Shown here: positions 38,344 to 47,587 of the stretch, in pieces
Layout: each line of letters starts with the position of its first letter
Numbering within the stretch: position 1 is the stretch's first letter
From: an uncultured Mycoplasmatota bacterium
GTDB taxonomy: Bacteria > Bacillota_I > Bacilli_A > RF39 > UBA660
Length of the DNA stretch: 64,000 nucleotides
Reading direction: 5' to 3'
Assembly (NCBI GenBank): GCA_949287595.1
Contig: CASEGV010000003.1
Location: forward strand, 8,490-72,489
Notes under the pieces: generated by a model
Seen by the model: only the letters and a program-made list of their open reading frames with translations
What the model was told of the DNA's origin: nothing
The model's database searches: none
Position numbers and translations under genes: made by a program

Positions 38344-39048
38344 GTGATTGAAACGAAAAAAGGAATACTTAGGTTATTTCTCTTCTTTTCAATTCTATGT
38401 TTTGGAGTTTTGAATGTAGAAGCAGAATCTATTGATATATCAAAAACATCAAGTATAACTCTTGTTTATCAATATGAAAACGAAAAATTTTCTAATGTGA
38501 ACGCATCACTTTATCAATTAGCAACATTTGATATAAATGGTCAATATAAATTTAATAATCTGTATGAAGATGTTACTTTTGACCCGGTTGGAATTACTTC
38601 TTCTGATTTAAATTTAAAAGCAACAGAAATAGAGAAATTTATTTCAGAAAATAATTTACAGCCTAATAATAAGCAGCAGATAAATCAAAATGGCATCGCT
38701 AATTTTAAAAACTTAATTCCTGGCATGTACCTAGTGCATATTGATAGTACTGAAGTAGGAAATTATCGATACAGTACTTCTCCCATGTTAGTTAGTATCC
38801 CAATTTTAGAAAACCAAACATATAAGTATGATATTGAAATGAATGTAAAGATTGAACGGAATGAATTAGAACAAGAAATTACTTCACCAAGCGATGCAGG
38901 AGAAGAAGGTAAAATTGACACTAATCCTAATACGCTAGACAATATTATGTTATACGTTTTGTTAATGATGGTTTCAGCTATAGTGATTTTAGGAGTAGTT
39001 TATGTTTTAAGAAACAAGGAAGGAGACAAAAATGAAAAAAAGAAATAA
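38344..39048 (+). CDS. Small pilin-like surface protein (candidate minor or basal pilin) with a non-canonical sorting signal
   Basis: Signal peptide (LFLFFSILCFGVLNVEA), a beta-rich body, then C-terminal NPNTLD, a hydrophobic helix and RNKEGDK. GTG start with poor SD spacing. Confidence 0.5.
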   Translation: MIETKKGILRLFLFFSILCFGVLNVEAESIDISKTSSITLVYQYENEKFSNVNASLYQLATFDINGQYKFNNLYEDVTFDPVGITSSDLNLKATEIEKFISENNLQPNNKQQINQNGIANFKNLIPGMYLVHIDSTEVGNYRYSTSPMLVSIPILENQTYKYDIEMNVKIERNELEQEITSPSDAGEEGKIDTNPNTLDNIMLYVLLMMVSAIVILGVVYVLRNKEGDKNEKKK

Positions 39049-40564
39049 GGTATTTTTGATTATCCTGACTATAATTGCTTTTGTAGGAATCTTAAATGTT
39101 CATGCAGCAATTACAACGGGCAGCACAACAAGCAGTGATGGTATAAGTAAAATAATTACTGAAAAGGCTAACCTAACAGTTTCTGATATTGATGCTGGTG
39201 ATCAACTAAGTGCCTATAAAATATTAGATGCATTTTACAATATAAACACTAATGTAATTTCATATGAGTTTACTAACGATTTTAAAGCATATTTAAATTC
39301 AATAAATAATAATCTTAGTATTGAAGATTATTTTAATTTAACTAGTGGTGATATAGAAAGCGGAGAGATTACAACTAGTTCAAATTTAGATACACTTGCT
39401 AGCGGTTATGCTTCTTATATTAAATCACATAATGTAAAGGGTACTGCTATGAGTATATCAGGGACTACAGCATATCAGACTTTAGATGCTGGAGCTTACT
39501 TAGTTTTACCTACTAAAACATTAAGAGTTTACGCAGTTATGGTTGGTAATTTAGATTATACAGCTAATGGAAATGCGTGGGAAATTAATAATGAAAGTAT
39601 TGTTGCTAAAGTAGAGGATGCCGGAATCACAAAAGCCATAGGTAATAAAGAGGCATCTTCTGGTTCTTATGGTATAGGAGATGTGGTTCCATATGTAATT
39701 AAAGCCACGGTACCACTTTATCCTACGAATGCTATAAACAAAACATATGTAATTACAGACACAATTTCTGAAGGATTAGATTTTGAAGCAGTTACAAGTA
39801 TTAACATTACGGATGGTATTACGGCTTTAACAAATAACAATGGTACATTTACAAATGATGGAAAAACTGTTGCGATTGCAAAAATTAGTGGAAAAACACT
39901 AACAATTACATTTATGGTAGACAATGTAACTTCTAATTTAATTAGAATTGAATATAAAGCTACTGTTAATAATAATGCTATTATTGGTGGAAATGGTAAT
40001 GTAAACAAAGCTAGTTTAGAGTATTCTAATGATCCATATGGTACTGGTACTCATAATACTGCTACTGATGCTGGTGGTGAAGGTGATAAAGAAGTTCCAA
40101 TTTATGTATATGGTATCCAAATATTTAAACATGCAGCACAAGGTAACACTCCATTAGAAGGCGCAACCTTTGAAATTTATAGCGATATTTCTATGACTTC
40201 TGATAACTTAGTGGATACTGTTACAACGGCTACTGATGGATATGTCAAAACTAAAGGTTTAGCTTCAGGTACATATTATATAAAAGAAACCTCAGCACCT
40301 ACTGGATATCAGTTATTAACGGATCCCATTACGGTTACAATCGGACCAAATCAGGCAAGTGGAAATCAACTTCAAGATACTAATAATGATGGTTATTATG
40401 AACTGGACATTGCTAATGCAGCTGTTGGTTTATTACCGGTTACTGGTGGTGCTGGTACAATTATCCTTACAATAATAGGGTTAGCAATTATTGTTGGAGC
40501 TTTCTATTTCTTCTTTATTTACCGCAGAAAAAAAGAAGAATCATCCACCAAAAAAAATAATTAG
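39032..40564 (+). CDS. LPXTG major pilin (SpaA/Cna-B-type)
   Basis: Signal peptide; E-box-like YYIKETSAPTGYQL; LPVTG at 40433-40447 followed by a hydrophobic helix and RRKKEE. Confidence 0.8.
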   Translation: MKKRNKVFLIILTIIAFVGILNVHAAITTGSTTSSDGISKIITEKANLTVSDIDAGDQLSAYKILDAFYNINTNVISYEFTNDFKAYLNSINNNLSIEDYFNLTSGDIESGEITTSSNLDTLASGYASYIKSHNVKGTAMSISGTTAYQTLDAGAYLVLPTKTLRVYAVMVGNLDYTANGNAWEINNESIVAKVEDAGITKAIGNKEASSGSYGIGDVVPYVIKATVPLYPTNAINKTYVITDTISEGLDFEAVTSINITDGITALTNNNGTFTNDGKTVAIAKISGKTLTITFMVDNVTSNLIRIEYKATVNNNAIIGGNGNVNKASLEYSNDPYGTGTHNTATDAGGEGDKEVPIYVYGIQIFKHAAQGNTPLEGATFEIYSDISMTSDNLVDTVTTATDGYVKTKGLASGTYYIKETSAPTGYQLLTDPITVTIGPNQASGNQLQDTNNDGYYELDIANAAVGLLPVTGGAGTIILTIIGLAIIVGAFYFFFIYRRKKEESSTKKNN

Positions 40565-40566
40565 CC

Positions 40567-41430
40567 ATGAGGAAAAAATTAAAAGAAAAGTTAAGTTTTT
40601 TAATATTTGTCATCATGATTATTCTAGGAATAGCAATTATCCTATATCCTGTAATTAGTAATCACTTAAGTAAAATTAATTATCAAGAGATTATTGATAA
40701 TTATGATTTTAAGGTAGCAAAACAGAAAAACTCTTATAATGAACAATTAGTTAATGAAGCAAGAAAATATAATAGTTCTCTTACATCACTTAATATTACA
40801 GATGTATTTCAAAATCAGATTGGACAATCTTCTAGTGAGTATTTTTCTGTTTTGAATGTTGATAACAATGGAATGATGGGATATATCTCGATACCAAAGA
40901 TAGATATTAAAATTCCAATTTATCATGGAACTAGTTCGGATATATTACAAAAAGGAGTAGGTCATTTAGAAGGTAGTTCTATACCAATAGGAGGAGAAAA
41001 TACACACGCTGTTCTATCTGCTCATAGAGGATTACCATCGTCACGATTATTTACAGATTTAGATCAGCTAAAAGTAGGAGACACTTTCTATATTCATATT
41101 TTAGATGAAGTTTTAGCCTATCGTGTTAATCAAGTGTTGGTAGTAGAACCATCAGATATCGATTTTTTACAGATAGTAAAGGGAAAGGATTATGTAACAC
41201 TAGTTACCTGTACTCCATATGCTATTAATACCCATAGATTGCTAGTTCGTGGAGAAAGAATAGAATATAGTGCTCAAGAGGAAGAAAGTATTGCCATTAA
41301 TAAAAAAATGTCAATTGCAGATATTGTGTTATATACATGTTTGATATTTGCTGTTTTATTAATCATCGGCTCAATCATTTCTATCACTCATTATCAAAAA
41401 AGAAAGGTAATAGACAAAAATATTAAATAA
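40567..41430 (+). CDS. Class C (pilus-assembly) sortase
   Basis: N-terminal TM, catalytic His in VLSAHRG, TLVTCTPY (TLxTC), LLVRGERI, and the extra C-terminal TM typical of class C. Confidence 0.9.
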   Translation: MRKKLKEKLSFLIFVIMIILGIAIILYPVISNHLSKINYQEIIDNYDFKVAKQKNSYNEQLVNEARKYNSSLTSLNITDVFQNQIGQSSSEYFSVLNVDNNGMMGYISIPKIDIKIPIYHGTSSDILQKGVGHLEGSSIPIGGENTHAVLSAHRGLPSSRLFTDLDQLKVGDTFYIHILDEVLAYRVNQVLVVEPSDIDFLQIVKGKDYVTLVTCTPYAINTHRLLVRGERIEYSAQEEESIAINKKMSIADIVLYTCLIFAVLLIIGSIISITHYQKRKVIDKNIK

Positions 41431-41491
41431 AGAAGTTTCTAATATAGAAGGTATTGAACATTTACAAATGATTTTTATCAATAAAATGATT

Positions 41492-41553
41492 ACTATGGAA
41501 AAAAGTAAAATAGCAATTGTTAAAATTGATTTAGTACTTTTCCATAGTTTTTA
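41492..41553 (+). terminator. Probable terminator (long-loop hairpin)
   Basis: ACTATGGAAAAAAGTA pairs with TACTTTTCCATAGT, followed by TTTTTATT. Confidence 0.5.
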
Positions 41554-42008
41554 TTCATAGTAAGAATAATTAAATTTATAAAAAAGTAATAAATTCGAAG
41601 AATAAATAGTAAATAATTAAAAAAAATAGTAAGGATACTAATAATATAGGTTTTTACTAAAAAATTACTATAATTTACTAAATTAAGAATTCTCAGATAA
41701 TTTGAATCAATAACTACATACTAGTTGTGAATTTATGATTTTATATTCCGTAGAACTGAACGCTAGCCGTTTGGGTACAACAAGTAGAACTAATAGAGTC
41801 GTTTATTACATAAGTAAAAATATATTAATTAAACGATTTAAAAATATTATCTTTGGAGGATTTACATACATAATTAATTATTAAAAAATAAGATTTGTTG
41901 TAAAAGTATCAAAGTTAGTGTATATTAACAATAGAGATAATAGAAAAGGCCGCTAATTTAGAAGATTTATATTCACAATGTCATAGTATCGTAAAGGAGG
42001 AATGAATA

Positions 42009-45000
42009 ATGTTTAGGATAAAAAAGAAATGGATTATATCATTTCTTTTATGCATGTTAGTAATTCTTTGCTTTAATATATCCTATGCAGGAGTGAGCTC
42101 TGAATATAAATATGAAGATGAGGATATTATTATTACTGCACATACTGATGGCGCAGACATTATCCCTGAAGATGCAGAGTTATCTATTACTCCCCTTACA
42201 AAAGTGGAGATTACTAATGACATGAACGAGGAGGAAATACTTCAAGCAAAAAAAATAAATGAGCAATACGATTTGATTGAAAAGCAGTTACTTGATGATG
42301 CTAAAAAAACTTCTAGTCATGTGGAAGGGTTTTTAGCTTATGATATTAGTTTTTTGATAGATGGTCAAGAAGTTGAACCAAGTGAATACATAAAAGTGGT
42401 TATGGATTTCAAAGAATCTACAATTCCTGCAGAAGTATCAAACGATGCTAATGTCACGTTAAAACATTTAAAAGAAGTTAAAAGTGGAACAGATGAAATT
42501 GTAGTAGAAGATATGTCTTTGAAGGCAAAAGTTGAGACTACGGAAAACGCAGAAGTAGAAAAAATAGAATTTACATCAAACAGTTTTTCTGCATATACTG
42601 TTGTGTGGACTAGCACTGGTGAAGAAGATGGTGATTACCCAATTCATTTGACTTCACATTATGGATATTTGGATGAAAATAATAATTTTATAGAGATTAG
42701 CGATGAATATAAAGGAGCTAAATTACCAGATAGATGGCAAGATGGATATAACAATCAATATGATGGTGGAGATTATTATTTAAATGAGTATGCAGAGGAT
42801 ATAGAAAAACCTGACAATAATGGTGTTTATAAGTATCAAACCAGTTACCTTACGCGTGGGGAAAATGCACCTTTTTCTTTAGATAACGAAACTAGTCGAA
42901 TCAGTGTGAATGATGTTGATAATAATAAAGCAGACTATTATTTTTACGGATATTACAATAACAAGTATTATGAATTAGGTGATAGCTTATCACAAAATGA
43001 TATTAATTATATTGATATTTATTTTGTATATAAATATGTAAAAAATCTAAATTCTGTAAACACGTTAGATAATGATGAGTACGGAATCACTATGACAATG
43101 ACTGATTTAGAAAAAAGTAATCAAGAAGAAATATTGGGAGCAGGAGGACTTATAAACAACGTTAATGGAATAAGTTACTTTAATGTCGAGCAAGGAATTT
43201 TAAATAGAACCCTAGATGAAAGTGGATATCCTACCCTTTCTGGTGAGGGTGGACGTGGTAGAGTAGAGGGTGATAGTCTAGAACCATTATTTAATAATAA
43301 TGATACAGTGAATGTTAATCATCTTCTTTTAGAATCTACATATAATGATACTGGCTATTTCGAGTATAGTAGTTTCGAAAATTATGCTTATTTAAAAAGT
43401 GACAATAATTTCATTGTCTATGACGCTCTTGGCGCACCGTACATTGGCAACCCAAATTACAGCTTTTATCGAGGTAATTTTATGCCATATGATAATATTG
43501 TTGCTGGTATATTTTCTCCTTATACCAATTTATATGACGAAAATGGAGAACCATTAGAAGAAGATGACGAACGTTATAATGAACCTTTATATTTAGCTGG
43601 TGGAGGAGAAAACGTTAATTATAATTTTGCAATCACACTAAATATGGATTTTTTTCAGCCTGAAGATGGTATTTCAGTATATAAAGATACTCGCTCTGAT
43701 ATGATTTATGAATTTAATGGTGATGATGATTTCTGGATATTCATAGATGACGTTCTAGTTTTGGATAGTGGTGGCATCCATGATGCTCATTCTGGTTATA
43801 TTAATTTTGCGACTGGTAAGGTGTATGTTGAACTTGGAACTGATAGTAATGGTAAAATTACCCCGTATGAATCAACTATAAAAGATTTGTTTTGGGAAGC
43901 TAAAATATTTCCTGATGGTACTGCTTGGACAGACTATGATGATGAAAGAGCTAATAATTTTTTTAAAGATGATACCTTTACTGACTATACTCGTCACACT
44001 ATGAAAATGTTTTATATGGAACGAGGTGGAGGCGCATCTGATTTTCATATTAGATTTAATCTGTTACCAATTCCAAGTGAAACTATTATGATTAAGAAAG
44101 AATTGGACAATGCCAATAAGGAAATATACGCCAATGAAGATTTTTCTTTTGAATTATATGTAGAAGAAAAAGAACCAGATTCAAGTGATGAAATGCCAGT
44201 ATATACAGGTAATTATATCAAGGTTACTGAAAGTAACTTGAATACCCTGGGACTTACTACAGAATTGAAAGGAAACAATACTTATACTGGTGATAGTTTA
44301 CGATGGTCGGAAGATGGACAAAAATTCTATTTAAAACCGGAACAAGCTGTTATGGTCAGTGGCTTAAAAATGAATCAACAATATTATATAAAAGAAGTAG
44401 ATATTGATAAAAATCGATTTGATCAAACTAATATCAATGCTGAGAAGGCAACAGATAGTAATGAAAGTGATAGTGTTGATTCTACAAACTCTACCACAAC
44501 TGCAACTTCATCTAAAGAAACAGTATATCAACGCCCTATTATCGTTTTTACTAATAGATGTAGTGAAGGAAATAGTAATGAATTGAGAATCTATAAAAAA
44601 ATGCAATCTGGTCAATCATCTAATGATTCGTTTTCGTTTTTAATCCAGCTGGAAGGAGCAGATGGCATATTACAAAATTATGAAGGGTCATATTATTTGA
44701 TTCGAAATGGAGAATATTATTACTATAATGACGATGGCACTTTAGTTTCTAATGGAACTGATAAAAAGGCTTGTGGAAAGTTAGCAGATAATGGTCAAAT
44801 TTCTGATGTTTTAGTAGGTGATACTATAGTGATTACTCAACTGTTATCTGGAACGGACTTTAAGGTCGTAGAGCTAGAGTATAATATGGAAAATAATGAA
44901 GGAATTTATGCAAGCCCTACTTATAAAATAAAAGATGATTCTGCTTTAAATGTTTCCTATAATGAAGGTGCCAGTGGTACAATTTTGTTTGACACAGACG

Positions 45001-45875
45001 CTAAGGTAGTTATTACTAATTCTTATAAGCAAAATATTCATATTGTCAAAGAATGGACGGGAGTTGATAAGAATCCGGGTGTTAATATTTATGTAGGATT
45101 ATATCAAAACAATAACCCTGTTGCAGAACAAACGGTTGTGTTAAATTCTTCAAATAATTGGAGTGGTTTATTTAATGAAGTGATTGGCAGTGGATATTCA
45201 GTGAAAGAATTACGCCCGGCAAATCCTGGCGAAACAGGAGAATTTGTAATAAATGATATAGAATATATCGGAATAGATGAAGGAAATTCTATTACAATTA
45301 ATGATATTTCATATACTCTTAATTATAGTGACTTAGAACAAGATACAAAAAATCCTAATCAATTTTATGCATCTATTAATAATATTCAAAACTGGCAAAT
45401 TGTGAAACGAAGTAGCAAAGATCATTTGTTATTATCAAACGCTACATTTGATTTACTTGACAAAGAAAATAGCAAAGTTGTTTTAACTGGAATATCTAAT
45501 AATAATGGCATTATAAACTGGAAAGATACAGAAAACAATTCTGTTAAAGTAATTCCAGATGGTGAATATTACTTAGTGGAAACAAGCGCACCCTTAGGAT
45601 ATTTAATTGGCGATAAATGGGAAATTACTATTACAAATGGATTTCCTAGTATACTAATAGGAACTCAAGGAAACAATTTAAGTTTAGATAAAGTAACTAT
45701 TGATGGTGTTACATTTTATCAACAAGATGGTATTTTAACATTATATTATGATAATCAAAAGATTCCTAATCTACCTTTTACCGGTGGGACGGGCATATAC
45801 TGGTACATACTAAGCGGGTTTTTATTAGTATTGATAGGTGGAAGTGTTGTAATATATAAAAAAATAAATAGTTAA
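42009..45875 (+). CDS. 1288-aa LPXTG surface adhesin (candidate pilus tip) with a fibro-slime/PA14-like domain and Cna-B-type stalk domains
   Basis: Signal peptide; GDDDFWIFIDDVLVLDSGGIHDAH core at about 43719-43790; Cna-B/E-box YYLVETSAPLGYL; LPFTG at 45771-45785 followed by a TM and KKINS. Confidence 0.8.
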   Translation: MFRIKKKWIISFLLCMLVILCFNISYAGVSSEYKYEDEDIIITAHTDGADIIPEDAELSITPLTKVEITNDMNEEEILQAKKINEQYDLIEKQLLDDAKKTSSHVEGFLAYDISFLIDGQEVEPSEYIKVVMDFKESTIPAEVSNDANVTLKHLKEVKSGTDEIVVEDMSLKAKVETTENAEVEKIEFTSNSFSAYTVVWTSTGEEDGDYPIHLTSHYGYLDENNNFIEISDEYKGAKLPDRWQDGYNNQYDGGDYYLNEYAEDIEKPDNNGVYKYQTSYLTRGENAPFSLDNETSRISVNDVDNNKADYYFYGYYNNKYYELGDSLSQNDINYIDIYFVYKYVKNLNSVNTLDNDEYGITMTMTDLEKSNQEEILGAGGLINNVNGISYFNVEQGILNRTLDESGYPTLSGEGGRGRVEGDSLEPLFNNNDTVNVNHLLLESTYNDTGYFEYSSFENYAYLKSDNNFIVYDALGAPYIGNPNYSFYRGNFMPYDNIVAGIFSPYTNLYDENGEPLEEDDERYNEPLYLAGGGENVNYNFAITLNMDFFQPEDGISVYKDTRSDMIYEFNGDDDFWIFIDDVLVLDSGGIHDAHSGYINFATGKVYVELGTDSNGKITPYESTIKDLFWEAKIFPDGTAWTDYDDERANNFFKDDTFTDYTRHTMKMFYMERGGGASDFHIRFNLLPIPSETIMIKKELDNANKEIYANEDFSFELYVEEKEPDSSDEMPVYTGNYIKVTESNLNTLGLTTELKGNNTYTGDSLRWSEDGQKFYLKPEQAVMVSGLKMNQQYYIKEVDIDKNRFDQTNINAEKATDSNESDSVDSTNSTTTATSSKETVYQRPIIVFTNRCSEGNSNELRIYKKMQSGQSSNDSFSFLIQLEGADGILQNYEGSYYLIRNGEYYYYNDDGTLVSNGTDKKACGKLADNGQISDVLVGDTIVITQLLSGTDFKVVELEYNMENNEGIYASPTYKIKDDSALNVSYNEGASGTILFDTDAKVVITNSYKQNIHIVKEWTGVDKNPGVNIYVGLYQNNNPVAEQTVVLNSSNNWSGLFNEVIGSGYSVKELRPANPGETGEFVINDIEYIGIDEGNSITINDISYTLNYSDLEQDTKNPNQFYASINNIQNWQIVKRSSKDHLLLSNATFDLLDKENSKVVLTGISNNNGIINWKDTENNSVKVIPDGEYYLVETSAPLGYLIGDKWEITITNGFPSILIGTQGNNLSLDKVTIDGVTFYQQDGILTLYYDNQKIPNLPFTGGTGIYWYILSGFLLVLIGGSVVIYKKINS

Positions 45876-45950
45876 TAAGGTTTAAGAAAAGAAGTAAAAT
45901 TTTAATTAAAAATATTTATAAAATATTAAACAATGGTATAATTTTCATAA

Positions 45951-46237
45951 GGTCAAAATCAAAAACCGCTTTTATCAACTTCTGAAGAAACTGCAGTTAG
46001 TCAAGTTTCATTCGAGGCATATTACCATTTATACAAAGAAGAAGCAGACCGATATAATGAAACTGGTGTTCTTAGAGGCGTTAGTATTTTTGATGTAGTA
46101 AAAATGGAAGCCGCTATAATGAAGAAATGAAAGCAAGAGAAGAACATAGGGAAATGTTGATAGAACAAAGAGTAACTATGTTACCAGAGTCATTTAAATC
46201 TTATATTTGTATGGCACATCCAAAAGAAAAAATCTAA
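45951..46237 (+). pseudogene. Degraded gene remnant (two frames, no start codon for the first part)
   Basis: A 59-codon open stretch (GQNQKPLLSTSEETAVSQVSFEAYYHLYKEEADRYNETGVLRGVSIFDVVKMEAAIMKK*) is preceded directly by a stop. It continues in another frame as ...YNEEMKAREEHREMLIEQRVTMLPESFKSYICMAHPKEKI*. Confidence 0.3.
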
Positions 46238-46243
46238 AATAAG

Positions 46244-46270
46244 GAAAAGCAAAATAATTTTTGCTTTTTT
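46244..46270 (+). terminator. Intrinsic terminator upstream of the S10 operon
   Basis: GAAAAGCAAAA-taat-TTTTGCTTTT followed by a T run. Confidence 0.75.
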
Positions 46271-46314
46271 TGCTATATTGCTATAAAAAAATAAAAATTT
46301 CTACAAAAAAACAC

Positions 46315-46343
46315 TTGCATTTGTTGATTTTACTTGTTATAAT
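46315..46343 (+). promoter_or_regulatory. S10 operon promoter
   Basis: -35 TTGCAT, a 17-nt spacer, and -10 TATAAT at 46338-46343. Confidence 0.7.
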
Positions 46344-46466
46344 TAATTACGTGTGACTGCTTAGATGTGCGAGGTTGTCGATACACCAGGTTAAGTTGCT
46401 AATTTGGTATCGGGTTATTTGCACGGAGCAAGTCTATACTAGATATAGGCGAAGGGAGGATTTTTA
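46344..46466 (+). promoter_or_regulatory. Structured 5' leader of the S10 operon (candidate r-protein autoregulatory leader)
   Basis: Nested helices. Outer: 46355-46370 pairs with 46421-34. Inner: 46379-46386 pairs with 46406-46412. The GGGAGGA SD is just downstream. Confidence 0.4.
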
Positions 46467-46778
46467 ATGTCAACATCAAAAGTTCGTATAAGATTAAAAT
46501 CATATGATCACAGAATTCTTGATAATGCAGTAACTAAAATTGTGGAAACAATTAAAAGATCAGGTGGAGAAATCTCAGGTCCAGTACCATTACCAACTGA
46601 AATTGAAAAATTCACAATTTTAAGAGCTGTTCACAAATATAAGGATTCACGTGAACAATTCGAAATGCGTACACATAAGAGACTTATTGATATCAAAAAT
46701 CCTAGCAAGGAAACTATTGATGCATTAGCTCATTTAGATTTACCTAGCGGGGTTGATATTGAAATCAAAACAAAATAA
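46467..46778 (+). CDS. rpsJ: 30S ribosomal protein S10
   Basis: Sequence begins [14 protein letters not shown]; conserved operon position. Confidence 0.97.
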   Translation: MSTSKVRIRLKSYDHRILDNAVTKIVETIKRSGGEISGPVPLPTEIEKFTILRAVHKYKDSREQFEMRTHKRLIDIKNPSKETIDALAHLDLPSGVDIEIKTK

Positions 46779-46793
46779 TAGGAGGAAACAATA

Positions 46794-47516
46794 ATGAAAG
46801 GAATCTTAGGTAAAAAAGTTGGAATGACTCAAGTGTTCACTAAGAACGGTAAGTTAATTCCAGTTACTGTAATTGAAGTTGAACCAAATGTTGTAACTCA
46901 AATCAAAACAGTAGCAAAAGATGGATATGATGCAATTCAAATTGCAACAGAAACTATCAGAGAAAAATTATCAAACAAACCAGCAATCGGTCATACTAAG
47001 AAAGCTGGAACAGAACCTAAGCGCTTCTTAAGAGAAATTAGAGGAGTAAACGTAGAAGACTATACATTAGGACAAGTAATCAATGTTGATATCTTCGAAG
47101 AAGGAGAAATGGTTGACGTAAGCGGAATCAGCAAAGGTAAAGGATTCCAAGGTGTTATCAAACGTCATAACCAAAGCCGTGGACCAATGGGACATGGTTC
47201 TCAATACCATAGAGGTGTAGGTTCACTAGGTACTATGCTACCAATGCACGTTTTAAAAGGTAAGAAAATGCCTGGACAAATGGGTAATGTAGCAAGAACT
47301 GTTCAAAATCTTGAAATAATTTCAGTAGATACTGAAAACAATGTAATCTTAGTTAAAGGTAATGTTCCAGGTCCAAAGAAATCATTAGTTATGATTCGTA
47401 CTGCAGTTAAAAAACCAAATGTGAAAAAAGAAGCAGCTGACTTAGTTTCATACGAAGTAAAAGAAGTAGAAGCTAAAGAAGAAGCAACAACACCTGCAGA
47501 AGAAACAGCAGAATAA
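46794..47516 (+). CDS. rplC: 50S ribosomal protein L3 (with an acidic C-terminal tail of about 30 aa)
   Basis: Motifs [15 protein letters not shown] and [22 protein letters not shown]. Confidence 0.97.
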   Translation: MKGILGKKVGMTQVFTKNGKLIPVTVIEVEPNVVTQIKTVAKDGYDAIQIATETIREKLSNKPAIGHTKKAGTEPKRFLREIRGVNVEDYTLGQVINVDIFEEGEMVDVSGISKGKGFQGVIKRHNQSRGPMGHGSQYHRGVGSLGTMLPMHVLKGKKMPGQMGNVARTVQNLEIISVDTENNVILVKGNVPGPKKSLVMIRTAVKKPNVKKEAADLVSYEVKEVEAKEEATTPAEETAE

Positions 47517-47587
47517 AATCATCACAGGAACAAATAAAAAATGAATATAAATATAATAATGAAATGTGATGAAAGGAGGAATCGTAA

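Noticed and set aside
44404-44586. 60-aa plus-strand ORF in an alternative frame
   Set aside because: It is nested inside the 1288-aa adhesin ORF and nothing supports it independently.
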